IMG/VR virus record: IMGVR_UViG_3300020477_000026
Location: 1 to 58,283 of that record
Length of the DNA: 58,283 nucleotides
Strand: one strand, 5' to 3'
DNA from: a virus
Lineage: Duplodnaviria > Caudoviricetes
The notes under the pieces were generated by a model. That model saw nothing but the letters and a program-made list of their open reading frames with translations. It ran no database searches and was not told where the DNA came from. Below are positions 46,267 to 56,459 of this stretch, piece by piece (position 1 is the first letter of the stretch; every line of letters starts with the position of its first letter). A program made the translations under genes and the position numbers.

Positions 46267-47001
46267 TTAATTCTGTATATAATTCTCATAGTGTTCTCTC
46301 AGTGCATAGAAAATTAATTCATTACCTAACGCGTTTGGATGTGCATCTTCATCACCACCTATTGTATAATGATCAAATTCTTTTTCTTGATGGTGTCTAA
46401 AAAAGTGATCTATGTTCCATCCAGCAAGCATTCTGTTTGGTGGCCATCCAACAAATCTATCGTTTATTAGATGCACATGCGGTGACTTTAATATCTGTTG
46501 ACCATACATATGAATATCATACCGCTGATATGGATTTGGTTCTGGTCCTTGTATGAATACATAATTTATATTCATAGATTCTAATATCGTTTGAAGTGAC
46601 CAAATTAACCTTATAGTCTCATTTACGATCCCTTGTAGGTTTTGTAACTTATACTTATCCATTGTCTCACAAATTTCCAAACAGCCTGGAAAGTTCTCGA
46701 CTTGTACAGCATATGTGGTCTCAGGAGAGAACGATCTCCATGGTGACTCATGATTAAATGATATTCTGTCCCACTCTGACCACATTACAACAACAAAGTC
46801 AATGTCCTTGAACTGGACAATTGCATCAAGCGTTTTACTGTATATCTCTCTGTTGCTAGCACCCATCTGAGCTTTGTTCGTCAATCTTAGATTTAGGTCT
46901 TTAGCTAACAGCTCAGGCCATATTGGGAATTGTTCTAATCCAATTGTCTTAGCATAATGTGCAGCAAAGCTACACCCCGTTACTACTAATCTCTTTTTCA
47001 T
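46267..47001 (-). CDS. SGNH-hydrolase-like protein
   Basis: GCSF, N.A..GASN, DAHPN..G. Confidence 0.55.
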   Translation of the reverse strand: MKKRLVVTGCSFAAHYAKTIGLEQFPIWPELLAKDLNLRLTNKAQMGASNREIYSKTLDAIVQFKDIDFVVVMWSEWDRISFNHESPWRSFSPETTYAVQVENFPGCLEICETMDKYKLQNLQGIVNETIRLIWSLQTILESMNINYVFIQGPEPNPYQRYDIHMYGQQILKSPHVHLINDRFVGWPPNRMLAGWNIDHFFRHHQEKEFDHYTIGGDEDAHPNALGNELIFYALREHYENYIQN

Positions 47002-47602
47002 CGGCTAACATCTTTAATTCTGTCACAGGCATATCACCGGTTTTATAACTGTTAATTGTTGTCTTGAATACAATGATGTATCTTATTGCATTGCACAATC
47101 TTGATACTGGCAGAGATGCATGTGGTAGCCTTGCTGGAAAAGAGATTACTCGTCCTTCTTTATAAGGTGCTACACCTACCTGTGTACCATCACGATCAAA
47201 GAATCCTGTTCCACCACCCCAGTTATGTTGCCATGCACATGGCATATACATAAATGTCCAATGTCCATCGTCATGATGAGGTACTCCCTCCATACCATAT
47301 GTTGCTGCATTACCATAAACTCTTTTAACTGTAACAACATCAGGACCAATAATACGTTGTTCAATTTGGTCCCACAACCTGGGCATCAGTCCTTTATCTT
47401 TTTTGAAGCCACAATTCCAATAATTGGTCCCCTCATTAAAGTTATTTCCTTCGAGAGAGTTTTCAGTTCTATTTTGCTTGGTACCATCTTGGCGGTAAGC
47501 CCAGGCAGTTTTTCCATACTGCCAAATTCCTTGAGATAATAATTCGAATAACTCCACCTGCAAATCAAAGTCAATGCAGTTATCATGTAATTTTAATGTC
47601 AC
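46970..47602 (-). CDS. 2OG-Fe(II) oxygenase (prolyl-4-hydroxylase-like)
   Basis: PHHD, WGGGTGF, GR..SF..PH...R..IVFK. Confidence 0.8.
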   Translation of the reverse strand: MTLKLHDNCIDFDLQVELFELLSQGIWQYGKTAWAYRQDGTKQNRTENSLEGNNFNEGTNYWNCGFKKDKGLMPRLWDQIEQRIIGPDVVTVKRVYGNAATYGMEGVPHHDDGHWTFMYMPCAWQHNWGGGTGFFDRDGTQVGVAPYKEGRVISFPARLPHASLPVSRLCNAIRYIIVFKTTINSYKTGDMPVTELKMLADEKEISSNGV

Positions 47603-48000
47603 TTTTTCTTTCCTATGTTATACTTTGCCACTAGTTCCCATTGATCTTTATCTTTGAACGGAATAATTTTTACCTGACTAAGAGGTGCTATTGGATCTGA
47701 AGTTGTGTTAGGATCGTTAATGTTTACCAATCCCCATTCAGCTAATAAATTTGTTATTGTGTTGCGTCTTGCAATATCTTCAGCTGTAATGCTAGACGGC
47801 TTGCCATCTAATTTGAATAGCTCTTTAAAGTGAACTATGTAGTATCTACCTTGCTTGTGTAGAATGTGACAGCTCTGAAATAGTTTTCTGTCTTTTCTTG
47901 AAGCCACCCCAATGCGTGTTAATGTCTCACGCACTTTCAAAAAATCATCATCCTGTTTCAGAGATACTTCTACTAAGGAATCAATTACTGTTTGATTCAT
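47599..48000 (-). CDS. regA: Translational repressor RegA
   Basis: DDFLKVRETLTRIG...QSCHILHKQGRYYIVHFKE. Confidence 0.95.
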   Translation of the reverse strand: MNQTVIDSLVEVSLKQDDDFLKVRETLTRIGVASRKDRKLFQSCHILHKQGRYYIVHFKELFKLDGKPSSITAEDIARRNTITNLLAEWGLVNINDPNTTSDPIAPLSQVKIIPFKDKDQWELVAKYNIGKKK

Positions 48001-48385
48001 TACTAATACCTCCGCATACCTTTGTTCTTATATCGTTTATTTGGTCGGAGGATAATATAGCTAGAGCTTGCTCAGCTTTCTTTGTGGAATAATCAAAATA
48101 TAGTTTAACCATCTCTAAATCATTACTATCCTCAGCCTTCACCCATTTCGAAAATCTTTTTTTGGGCCTTATGCTATTTAGCAGATATTCATATTGGAGT
48201 CTGTTATCCAAATGTGGATACCCGTTCATCTTATTGCTATACATTAACGTATCAGCAAAATAGGATAGAGATTTGTTGGTCAAAAACGGAACATAAGCAT
48301 CTTCAGCTAGCTTATCATTATCAGTATCAACCATTAGATTCTTTTTGTTATGGTTAATACTATTCACATAATCAAATGGTTTCAT
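47981..48385 (-). CDS. 62: Clamp loader small subunit (gp62)
   Basis: PFLTNKSLS...QYEYLLNSIRPKKRFSKW; synteny with regA. Confidence 0.9.
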   Translation of the reverse strand: MKPFDYVNSINHNKKNLMVDTDNDKLAEDAYVPFLTNKSLSYFADTLMYSNKMNGYPHLDNRLQYEYLLNSIRPKKRFSKWVKAEDSNDLEMVKLYFDYSTKKAEQALAILSSDQINDIRTKVCGGISNESNSN

Positions 48386-48849
48386 TTTAAATCCAACGTA
48401 AGTTGTTGTAAATCATATTCATAATTTCGAGAATCTTCATTGTCTCTTAATAACCATGCACCATTGTTGATGTGAAATCTATGAGCCATCTCGGTCTTCG
48501 GTGATAATGTTACTAATCTTTCATATTCATTATCCATTGCCCAGTCTCTCAAGTCAAATATTATTTGCCTGCCAGCTCTTGGTTTATATGACCAAACTGT
48601 ATATGCAACAACAATTTTATTGTGCTCCCAATTACTTTGATGCTTTAGATTGACTATGTCTCTTACATCTGTCGGTACTTTAGGCAATGTAGCTGTGCAA
48701 ACTACTGCATCTGGATCTTGAAAGGCCCCACGACAAAAGATTGGACCCATACGTCTTCTCCATTCAAAAGAGAGACCTGGTCTTACTGGATCATCTGCAA
48801 TCGGCGCCCACGTATCAAAATCACTTACTGGTAGTTTTGAAAACATCAT
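48382..48849 (-). CDS. GNAT-like hypothetical protein
   Basis: DDPVRP...YTVWSY..RAG...TLSPKTEMA.RFH..NGA. Confidence 0.55.
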   Translation of the reverse strand: MMFSKLPVSDFDTWAPIADDPVRPGLSFEWRRRMGPIFCRGAFQDPDAVVCTATLPKVPTDVRDIVNLKHQSNWEHNKIVVAYTVWSYKPRAGRQIIFDLRDWAMDNEYERLVTLSPKTEMAHRFHINNGAWLLRDNEDSRNYEYDLQQLTLDLK

Positions 48850-49666
48850 CTATTACCCTATTCATCACTTCTGCGTTATACTGATTGTTCTTAATTCCTG
48901 GGTGCATTAAGTCTCGAGCAAAGTCCCCTTGTATACCCATATGCCGAAACTCCTTTACCTGTTCACTTTTACTATCTTCCGGACATAAAAATATTGCATT
49001 GTTCGAATGACATAACCACTTTATTCCATCAAGACATTTAGTCCATCTTATCATACAAGCCTGATCATTGAACAAATGTTGTAATCTCTTTTCCCAATGT
49101 GGATCATCTTGTTGTACAGTAACTACATCCCAACGTTGAAAAGGTTCGTTGTATACTTCTGTCCTTGTCGATATCCATGGGTTAGTCATAATTACGTAGT
49201 TTGGTTTCACCTGTTCAATGTAATACCTTAACACCCTATAATATGTATCAATACCAAAACCCGGAAGACCAAAATTAATGTACCTATATCCTCTTGTAAT
49301 GCTATTCATATAATGAGTCATGTACGGCATCGTCTCTTCTATTGGTACACCTGTTCCAAACGTATTGCTATCACCCAACCAAAGGACTCCACCTTTTTGT
49401 GCTGTATAGTCAGGTTGTGTACCATCATGTCGGAAACCTTGAACTGTAATATGGTAATCAATTTGTTTGTTGATCCACCCATTCTCTTGCAGCAGTCTTT
49501 TATTTCTTTTATGCTTTAGATGTTCATTATACCTTTCTTCAGAGTCTGTTGGAAACCAAGACACAGTTTGCCCATAGTGCTCGGAGATCCAATGGCATGG
49601 AGTCTGGTTGAAGTCTTCTAGTTGATATGGAATGTGTTGTAGCCATCCAATCTCTTCTAGCTTCAT
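48821..49666 (-). CDS. SGNH-like protein, paralog of 50233-51234
   Basis: QGFRHDG..PDY, LGDSNTFG.G, N.G..G.GID, ARDLMHPG. Confidence 0.6.
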   Translation of the reverse strand: MKLEEIGWLQHIPYQLEDFNQTPCHWISEHYGQTVSWFPTDSEERYNEHLKHKRNKRLLQENGWINKQIDYHITVQGFRHDGTQPDYTAQKGGVLWLGDSNTFGTGVPIEETMPYMTHYMNSITRGYRYINFGLPGFGIDTYYRVLRYYIEQVKPNYVIMTNPWISTRTEVYNEPFQRWDVVTVQQDDPHWEKRLQHLFNDQACMIRWTKCLDGIKWLCHSNNAIFLCPEDSKSEQVKEFRHMGIQGDFARDLMHPGIKNNQYNAEVMNRVIDDVFKTTSK

Positions 49667-49809
49667 TCTTGACTAGTCCATTCGTTTAAGCAGACATCAC
49701 ATGCACAGATCTCATACTCAACACCATTATCATCCTGGCCACGAACCACTACAGCTCGTTCCATGGCATCTTCATTTATCTCTTTGCTGCAATAGTTGCA
49801 CGTCAGCAT
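49663..49809 (-). CDS. 48-aa zinc-finger-like protein (MLTCNYC...CACDVC)
   Basis: Not in track; two CxxC pairs; fills the operon gap. Confidence 0.55.
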   Translation of the reverse strand: MLTCNYCSKEINEDAMERAVVVRGQDDNGVEYEICACDVCLNEWTSQE

Positions 49810-50008
49810 CGGTCTCTATCCATACCCTGGCTCCACACGATAGGGGTTTATCGGGTGAGTATATAATCTTACTCGGACCCAATATTTCAATTTCATGAGC
49901 ATAGTCATTGCTCTTACTTGTCTTACACGTAATTACAGGTTCACGTTCACCAGTCTTGTGATTACGTCTAATCACATGCATATTGATATGTATGCGTTTC
50001 TTGGTCAT
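49772..50008 (-). CDS. Conserved small phage protein
   Basis: IHIN...EPVITCK...YSPDKPLSCGARVWIET. Confidence 0.7.
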   Translation of the reverse strand: MTKKRIHINMHVIRRNHKTGEREPVITCKTSKSNDYAHEIEILGPSKIIYSPDKPLSCGARVWIETDADVQLLQQRDK

Positions 50009-50236
50009 CTACATTTCTTCATCAATACACATCATACTCTTGACGTGATTAGCTTCTGGGTAAACACTCTTCCCAAACTCTTCCAAACCTTTCCAATGTT
50101 TGTTAATATACTGCTCACATAAATCCACCGTTTCAAATCTTAAAGGTACACCATGACGTGCTTCAACCTTTACAGAATCTGGATACGTCATTGGTTGTGG
50201 CATGAACATTACTATTAGGATAAAAATTGACTTCAT
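50009..50236 (-). CDS. Small secreted/membrane protein
   Basis: Hydrophobic N-terminus; RFETVDLCEQY. Confidence 0.55.
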   Translation of the reverse strand: MKSIFILIVMFMPQPMTYPDSVKVEARHGVPLRFETVDLCEQYINKHWKGLEEFGKSVYPEANHVKSMMCIDEEM

Positions 50237-51234
50237 AGTACATACTCCATAAGGTCCCTGAGCACATTAGCATTCCTTGCATGTGCCTTTGGACCTTGGT
50301 GTGAAAGCTCACGACTCATATCCTCAACACGAAACTTATTATCAAAACGAGCAACAATGCTATCTCGGTAGCTATCATCGACATCTTCTTCCACTGCCAA
50401 CAGATCCACGTTGTTGCTGTGACATAGCCATTTGATTGCATCCAAGTTTTTGTACCATCTTGTATAGCCCATGACCGTGTGAAAGTATTGTACCAAAGCA
50501 TCTTCTTTGTCCATCTTCAATTGTTCTCGTATTAATTTATTGGCTGTAATAGAATACCAATGACCTATTGCATCACTAAAGTACTCTGTTCTAGCCCCCT
50601 GCCACGGGTGAGACATTACAATAATGTCCGGCTGTATTTCCTCAATATAGTATTTCAAAATCCTGTAATATGCATCTATCCCATGGCCGTGCATGCCCAT
50701 GTTCAAATACCTTTTATCTTTTGTCTTTGAACACGAGTAATGTGCTTTGTATGTAAACGAGTCTTCGAGCATTATTCCCATACCTAGTACATTGCTGTCA
50801 CCAATGTATATTACACCACCTGTATCTTCCAGGTAGTCCGGAGTCGATCCATCATGTCGGAAACCTTGCTTACAAAAGTAGTAATCGTTTTCCTTCATAG
50901 TCCCGTCTGGATTTATCCAACCACTTTGTTTTAACCACTTCTTCTTTTTGCTCCTCATATTCTTTTTCCAGTTGCGTTCAATATCAGTAGCATACTCTTT
51001 TGAATGACAAGGAAACTCTTGATCGTTCAATGATGCTGCAGCATTGGTATGCATAGGAGGAGTATAGTCATAGGCAAAATCTTTATTCTTATATCGATTG
51101 CCTGGTAGTATTGTCAGAGGACCTTTTTCGTAAGTATTGTCTCTGATAAACGACTGGCCAATATCTTTGAGTTCTTTTACGATATCCCAGTCAAAATCCG
51201 TTCTAAATCTTTCTAGTAGCGTCTTTACGTCCAT
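50233..51234 (-). CDS. SGNH-like protein, paralog of 48821-49666
   Basis: QGFRHDGSTPDY, IGDSNVLG.G, SRELSHQG. Confidence 0.6.
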   Translation of the reverse strand: MDVKTLLERFRTDFDWDIVKELKDIGQSFIRDNTYEKGPLTILPGNRYKNKDFAYDYTPPMHTNAAASLNDQEFPCHSKEYATDIERNWKKNMRSKKKKWLKQSGWINPDGTMKENDYYFCKQGFRHDGSTPDYLEDTGGVIYIGDSNVLGMGIMLEDSFTYKAHYSCSKTKDKRYLNMGMHGHGIDAYYRILKYYIEEIQPDIIVMSHPWQGARTEYFSDAIGHWYSITANKLIREQLKMDKEDALVQYFHTVMGYTRWYKNLDAIKWLCHSNNVDLLAVEEDVDDSYRDSIVARFDNKFRVEDMSRELSHQGPKAHARNANVLRDLMEYVL

Positions 51235-52163
51235 TCAGCTTCTGCCATAATTTCAGTTAAACATGCAACGGTGTTTATTTCTTGATCAGCAACAAAGGCA
51301 GCTTTATGTTGGTAGTCTGCCAAAATTAAAACCACTTGAGGTACACTTTGTGGTTTAAGAATATTGCTAGCCTCATTATATATGTTTCTCATTAGGACGT
51401 GTGATTCTGTGTCGAGGTTTTGTCCGACCCACTTACGCATCTCTGTAAAGTTCTTGTCTTTAAGAAGTTGTACAAGCGTCTTAAAGCTCTCATCGGATAT
51501 GTTAGTAAGGATCCCACTATCAATAGACCCAGAAACAGAGTACCGTTGTAACTCATTTAACACTCTCCTCCAATCAGGAAACCATCTTTGAACAAGTTCA
51601 GCAACAACCTTTTGGTCAAAGCTAACATCTTCATTGTTTAAGATGCCACACGTACGTTTAAAAAACTCAGCAGCAATCTTAGGTTTAGATTTATTTTTAA
51701 TCTTGAAGTCAATAACACTGCATCTGGAATGCAGTGGTTCAATAATCCTGTTCTTGAAGTTACAGGTCATTATGAATCCACAGTTCTTAGAGAACTCTTC
51801 CATAAAGTTTCTAAGGGCCGGTTGTGTTGACTGAGGATTAAGATAGTCAGCTTCGTCTAAGATGACGTACTTTCTTCCACCAACCAACGATACAGACGAC
51901 GCAAACTGCATAATATCATTTCGAAGAGTGTCAATATTCCCAGATAGACTGCCATTAATGACAACATAATCACAATCCAGCTGTTCAAGCATAGCTTTTG
52001 CAACCGACGTTTTACCGACACCTGGCCCTCCTGATAGCAATAAGTTAGGAACATTCTGCTGATCAACAAACGTCTGGAATGTCTGCTTTAGATCAGAAGG
52101 TAGTATACAGTCGGCTACTGTCTTTGGACGGTATTTCTCCACCCACAGGTAGTCTTCACGCAT
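51225..52163 (-). CDS. 44: Clamp loader large subunit (gp44)
   Basis: LWVEKYRP, GGPGVGKT, LDEAD, SRC. Confidence 0.95.
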   Translation of the reverse strand: MREDYLWVEKYRPKTVADCILPSDLKQTFQTFVDQQNVPNLLLSGGPGVGKTSVAKAMLEQLDCDYVVINGSLSGNIDTLRNDIMQFASSVSLVGGRKYVILDEADYLNPQSTQPALRNFMEEFSKNCGFIMTCNFKNRIIEPLHSRCSVIDFKIKNKSKPKIAAEFFKRTCGILNNEDVSFDQKVVAELVQRWFPDWRRVLNELQRYSVSGSIDSGILTNISDESFKTLVQLLKDKNFTEMRKWVGQNLDTESHVLMRNIYNEASNILKPQSVPQVVLILADYQHKAAFVADQEINTVACLTEIMAEAEWT

Positions 52164-52185
52164 AATATAAATCTCACTTCATTCA

Positions 52186-52860
52186 TTATTTAAAGTCGGA
52201 ATTCTGTTCAACAGCAATCCAATATACCAGACTTGGTCCATCAGCATTTAGACTGGTAAATTGTGAGATACCTCTTGACGTAATCCTCACATTGTAATCA
52301 TAATTCATAATCTTGATGTTTTCAACTTTGAAGATAAACCTAAACTTATGTCCAGTTTTATTGTCCTCAATCACTTCATCATATGTGTCCGAACCTCTAT
52401 CTGAGCTGTTAAGGGCAGACAAAGATATATTCTCATCACCACAAATAGCAACTTCTGGTAACTGCATAACACTAGCAGCACGCAGAACATTTTGTATCTG
52501 ACGTTGAGTAACTGTAATGTCAACATCAGGATCTGGCAAGTCAATACTATCCTTCGGTGGTGTAATAATCATCTCAGGATCTGCAAACCGATAGTTTACA
52601 GTCTGAGCATTGCCATTGACTTTAACATGGTGTGAGTCAAAAGTCAACTGCGGCTTCTCAAATAATCCCAACACACCTAAGAAACGATTGAGATCATAGA
52701 TTGCTCCACCAGATGGAAAACTATCATCTAAAGTAGCTACAGCCATAATGCTCTTTTGAGCAGAGACTGTTGACAACTTCGTTCCTTGTTTTAGTTCTAC
52801 TGAAGGGTTAATTAACGAGAAGTTCTTCAGTACGTTCACTGTATCATTACTAAGTTCCAT
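52186..52860 (-). CDS. 45: Sliding clamp (gp45)
   Basis: LKNFSLIN, IYDLNRFL, YWIAVE; synteny with gp44. Confidence 0.92.
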   Translation of the reverse strand: MELSNDTVNVLKNFSLINPSVELKQGTKLSTVSAQKSIMAVATLDDSFPSGGAIYDLNRFLGVLGLFEKPQLTFDSHHVKVNGNAQTVNYRFADPEMIITPPKDSIDLPDPDVDITVTQRQIQNVLRAASVMQLPEVAICGDENISLSALNSSDRGSDTYDEVIEDNKTGHKFRFIFKVENIKIMNYDYNVRITSRGISQFTSLNADGPSLVYWIAVEQNSDFK

Positions 52861-52861
52861 A

Positions 52862-53743
52862 TCACTTCTTCTTTCCTATTTGTTCTTGGTCAGCAGTAGC
52901 TGATGCACCTATGCTAGCCAGTGCCTGCAGACTACCACCATAAACAAAACTACCAACGTGCTGTAGTTGAATCCATGGAGCCAACCATACCTTTAATCCA
53001 GCCTTCCGAGCCCATTGGCAGAACATATAATCCTCAGACAAATAACGTCTTGACTCAGGATCAATTAATGCTTGGAAGAACATCATGATTTCTCTTGTGC
53101 CATCAAAATGTTCTGTCCGAACATGATCAGGTTTGTAACTAAAACCACCAGGTGATAGTTCTGAGTCCTCCCAATAAGCATCCCTAAACTTTTCTAGTGC
53201 CTCACGCTTAATCATCATAAATCCAGTTCCACCTTCTAGCACTTCAGCCGGCTCATCTAGTTGAACTTCTTTAGTACCAGGAACAGGATTGAATACGTAA
53301 TCACCAACAAAGCTATCTAATATGTTTGGATCTTCATCAGCATGACCTTGATCTGTAGCAGCCTTAATCTTCTCCCAAGCAATACACTTCTTAGGATAAG
53401 GAGCACAAAGGATATCATACTCGTTATTAGGATCCTCATGGTCTTGCAAAGCTAACATAGATATCACATCATTAGCTTGGAAACCAATGTCACTATCAAT
53501 AAAGAACAGGTGTGTAAAATCCTCGTTACGTAGAAACTCATCACAACAGTAGTTTCTAGCTCGAGTAATTAGACTCTCATTAAACAGATAGTAATACTTC
53601 AACTCAATTTGATAATGCATGCACAGTGCTGACAAGTCGTTAGTTGACTTACAGAACATACCAGCACACATACCTCCATACATTGGAGTTGCTACAAATA
53701 ACTTACGTCGACGTAGGTCGTCGATCTCAACTTTAATTTCCAT
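52862..53743 (-). CDS. Glycosyltransferase-like (GT-A) protein
   Basis: ATPMYGG, ESLITRARN, FIDSD, YPKK, GTGFM, LSEDY.FC, H.G. Confidence 0.7.
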   Translation of the reverse strand: MEIKVEIDDLRRRKLFVATPMYGGMCAGMFCKSTNDLSALCMHYQIELKYYYLFNESLITRARNYCCDEFLRNEDFTHLFFIDSDIGFQANDVISMLALQDHEDPNNEYDILCAPYPKKCIAWEKIKAATDQGHADEDPNILDSFVGDYVFNPVPGTKEVQLDEPAEVLEGGTGFMMIKREALEKFRDAYWEDSELSPGGFSYKPDHVRTEHFDGTREIMMFFQALIDPESRRYLSEDYMFCQWARKAGLKVWLAPWIQLQHVGSFVYGGSLQALASIGASATADQEQIGKKK

Positions 53744-54545
53744 CTATAAACTCCAATACTTTGGTCCATGCACCAATATAATCAAACTTGTTATCAGGGT
53801 TAATGTTTCGTACTTTTAACGAAGGTGTTATTCTTACACCACCCCCATTAACCACTGTATGAATACAATTAGGATTGACCCAAGCACTTCTCAGACCTGT
53901 TGTTATAGCATCGTACAATGGCTCTGGTACTTTGCTCCAATCATCCCCACCTTCTCTCATATACTTCCAGAATGGATACTTCTCCATAATGTCTGGCTCG
54001 AGGTGTAATCTTTTACCTGGTCTGTCTTGTGGTAAAGATTCACTAAACCACAAAACAGATCCAGGGCCTCCCTGGTAGCCGTAGAAGTTTAATCTTGCTT
54101 CAAGGCCGGCGCCATCTGTATGAAGATGAGGACATACACCATCACTACCATTACAAATTAACGTTGGCCAAAACAACTCGATTCCATACGGCTCGAGTTG
54201 TGGATTAAGCGCTTCCATTGTTCCACGCATCAAGTCTTTACTGTTAGGAATAATCTCTAACTTGCGCGCACCCTTTTCTTCTCTATCTAAATCCTTACCA
54301 TACTTGATATTGAATTCAGGGTTCTCAGCTACAAGAGTATGAATAATATCTTTCGGTAAGTTAAGTTCAACTTCATCGAATACCCAAGGTAGTAACTCAT
54401 CAAGATAATCTTGATCTTCTTTAGTCATAAACAGCGGGCTACTAACACAAAACGATCTATTGTCTTCAAACGATCTAGTTAGCCAATGGTATAAATCAAG
54501 ATTCATACTTTTTGTCGTGCTCCTTCCCAACACCATAAGAGCCAT
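53733..54545 (-). CDS. 2OG-Fe(II) oxygenase-like protein (start uncertain)
   Basis: LHTD...RLNF...IHTV.N...R. Confidence 0.5.
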   Translation of the reverse strand: MALMVLGRSTTKSMNLDLYHWLTRSFEDNRSFCVSSPLFMTKEDQDYLDELLPWVFDEVELNLPKDIIHTLVAENPEFNIKYGKDLDREEKGARKLEIIPNSKDLMRGTMEALNPQLEPYGIELFWPTLICNGSDGVCPHLHTDGAGLEARLNFYGYQGGPGSVLWFSESLPQDRPGKRLHLEPDIMEKYPFWKYMREGGDDWSKVPEPLYDAITTGLRSAWVNPNCIHTVVNGGGVRITPSLKVRNINPDNKFDYIGAWTKVLEFIDGN

Positions 54546-55011
54546 CGTACTGATTAAGACTCTCAGCTTTCCATAATAGGAACTGAGCTACTCGAGTATG
54601 CTTTTTGATATAAGCCTCTCCACAATTGACGTGCAACGCTCCAGCCATCACACCATTATAACCACTGTCATATAAACCAGACGTGATAAACAAACCATTA
54701 CGGTTTAGTGTTGATCTCGTAATAACAAAACCAGCTTCATCAGGTCCAAGATGAATTAGACCTTCCATAATTATCTCATATGTACCTTGTTGCAGATGCC
54801 AGAATCCTTCTGTGTCTGTCGGGTGGTACTTGATAGTTTTTACTGGCTCACTACCACGGTGCTCTTTATCTTCTTCACTAATTCGAAATGGCTTATTGGA
54901 AATACGTTGAATCGATTCTATTCTCAAGTCAATTGCATTCGGTTGGACATCACCAGGCTCATATCTAGATAATGAGCTCTGGCTATTTTCAGATGCCAGA
55001 TGTATCATCAT
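54496..55011 (-). CDS. Trimeric dUTPase/dCTP deaminase family protein
   Basis: QPNAIDLR, RSTLNRNG, YDSGY.G, RVAQ, YDGSY. Confidence 0.8.
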   Translation of the reverse strand: MMIHLASENSQSSLSRYEPGDVQPNAIDLRIESIQRISNKPFRISEEDKEHRGSEPVKTIKYHPTDTEGFWHLQQGTYEIIMEGLIHLGPDEAGFVITRSTLNRNGLFITSGLYDSGYNGVMAGALHVNCGEAYIKKHTRVAQFLLWKAESLNQYDGSYGVGKEHDKKYES

Positions 55012-55611
55012 TTATTCATCCTCCGTAAAATGAGCTAGAAGAACAATATAATGAACAGCCTTTAACAGATCCTTTCTGTTATATCCATCCTTCTTACCAT
55101 AACGCATTAGATACTTAATTGCTGTATCTCTTGTTGTTGTAGCAGCACTACCAAGAGTGTGCCAAACATCAGTCGTCTGGATCTCTTCTTTACCAACATA
55201 ATGACCAGCATATGTCGTCCCAATATATTGAAGACATTCCTTCAACATCTTATCTTCACCATAACGAAACTTAGATACGATCTCATCATGCACATCAAAG
55301 TCTGTTGGTGGGACACTCATATCAATCTCCTTTTCGACTTTGTCTTGTATAGGCTTGCCCCACAAGTCAGCAGGAACATCCTCCCGGACAGGATACACTT
55401 CCGGACCTTTATCCTTGCTCAACTCCAATCGTACAGGATATGCTTCCGGCTGTATCGGCTTGCCCCACAAGTCAGCAGGAACATCCTCACGAATAGGATA
55501 GACTGGGATTTCAGCTAATACACTAGCAGCATCAGCAACTGAGGTCAAATCATCATTATCAGAAGTCAACCCTTCCATCAAAGCATCTGGCTTAGGTCTA
55601 ATCATTACCAC
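55012..55611 (-). CDS. DUF3310-like protein with duplicated N-terminal motif
   Basis: Y..HY...IKYLMRYGKKDG.NRKDLLKAVHY; VYP(I/V)REDVPADLWGKPIQ occurs twice. Confidence 0.7.
   Translation of the reverse strand: MVMIRPKPDALMEGLTSDNDDLTSVADAASVLAEIPVYPIREDVPADLWGKPIQPEAYPVRLELSKDKGPEVYPVREDVPADLWGKPIQDKVEKEIDMSVPPTDFDVHDEIVSKFRYGEDKMLKECLQYIGTTYAGHYVGKEEIQTTDVWHTLGSAATTTRDTAIKYLMRYGKKDGYNRKDLLKAVHYIVLLAHFTEDE
55352..55488. repeat. 32-bp exact direct repeat (55352-55383, 55457-55488)
   Basis: GGCTTGCCCCACAAGTCAGCAGGAACATCCTC twice, 105 bp apart. Confidence 0.85.
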
Positions 55612-56459
55612 GTTCTACCTCCACATAAGTTATCGATATACTCCATGTTATATCGAGCATCGTCTATTAGATCATTCTCTTCTGTTAGGAAGTCAAAGTC
55701 AACCTCTTTGTCAAACTTTCCATGGTTTAAGCCAGTAGGACTACTATCAAATCTTATACCATTCAATCCAGCCCACACAGCAGCCGAACTATCCCACGTA
55801 TCAATTAGCTCAACAAATTGTTGCACTAAACAGATCTCATTGGGACCTTCGGTCATTCCTAAGAAATGAAACTTCTTACCTTTCTGCTTGATACTCTTGA
55901 GATCAAACCTCTTATTGATCTCACGCATGAACTTCCACCTTGATAAAAACTTCTGCATTCTATAGCTATCGACAGTCCCCACCTGATGCATCTCACAACC
56001 ATATGCTATAGGGATGTTAAGAATACTAAACGCTACGTAATCAATACCAGGATGATGGAATGCCCAACCATAGGATGCAATCAGTCCTTCAAGGTCTCCA
56101 GCCTCAGCTTGAGGACAGAAGAATGTACCTATACCAACATCACGACATTGTGGTATCATTTCAAGAGCAGCATCCATTGTCCTCTTTGCTGGTTCTTTAG
56201 GATAGTCAGATAATACAAGATAATCAGCACCAACTTTCAAAGCCATATCAATTAGCTTTTCAGTTGGATACATTGGCTGACAGCGTTTGTACATTTCAAA
56301 TGCACTATTATCTAAAATGACTTCCCCATTACAATTACGATAGAAATCAGCATACCCTTCATCTTCCTCAACTAAATGAGCAAGCGCTAGGTGTACCGGA
56401 CGACTATGAACTAGGGGTAAATGTGGGGTAGGTACGATATGACAAAAATCAATGGACAT
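55605..56459 (-). CDS. TGT/DpdA-like TIM-barrel protein (putative DNA guanine transglycosylase)
   Basis: ILDNSAFE, SD, HFLG, WDSS resemble TGT motifs; next to QueD-like and FolE genes. Confidence 0.5.
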   Translation of the reverse strand: MSIDFCHIVPTPHLPLVHSRPVHLALAHLVEEDEGYADFYRNCNGEVILDNSAFEMYKRCQPMYPTEKLIDMALKVGADYLVLSDYPKEPAKRTMDAALEMIPQCRDVGIGTFFCPQAEAGDLEGLIASYGWAFHHPGIDYVAFSILNIPIAYGCEMHQVGTVDSYRMQKFLSRWKFMREINKRFDLKSIKQKGKKFHFLGMTEGPNEICLVQQFVELIDTWDSSAAVWAGLNGIRFDSSPTGLNHGKFDKEVDFDFLTEENDLIDDARYNMEYIDNLCGGRTW

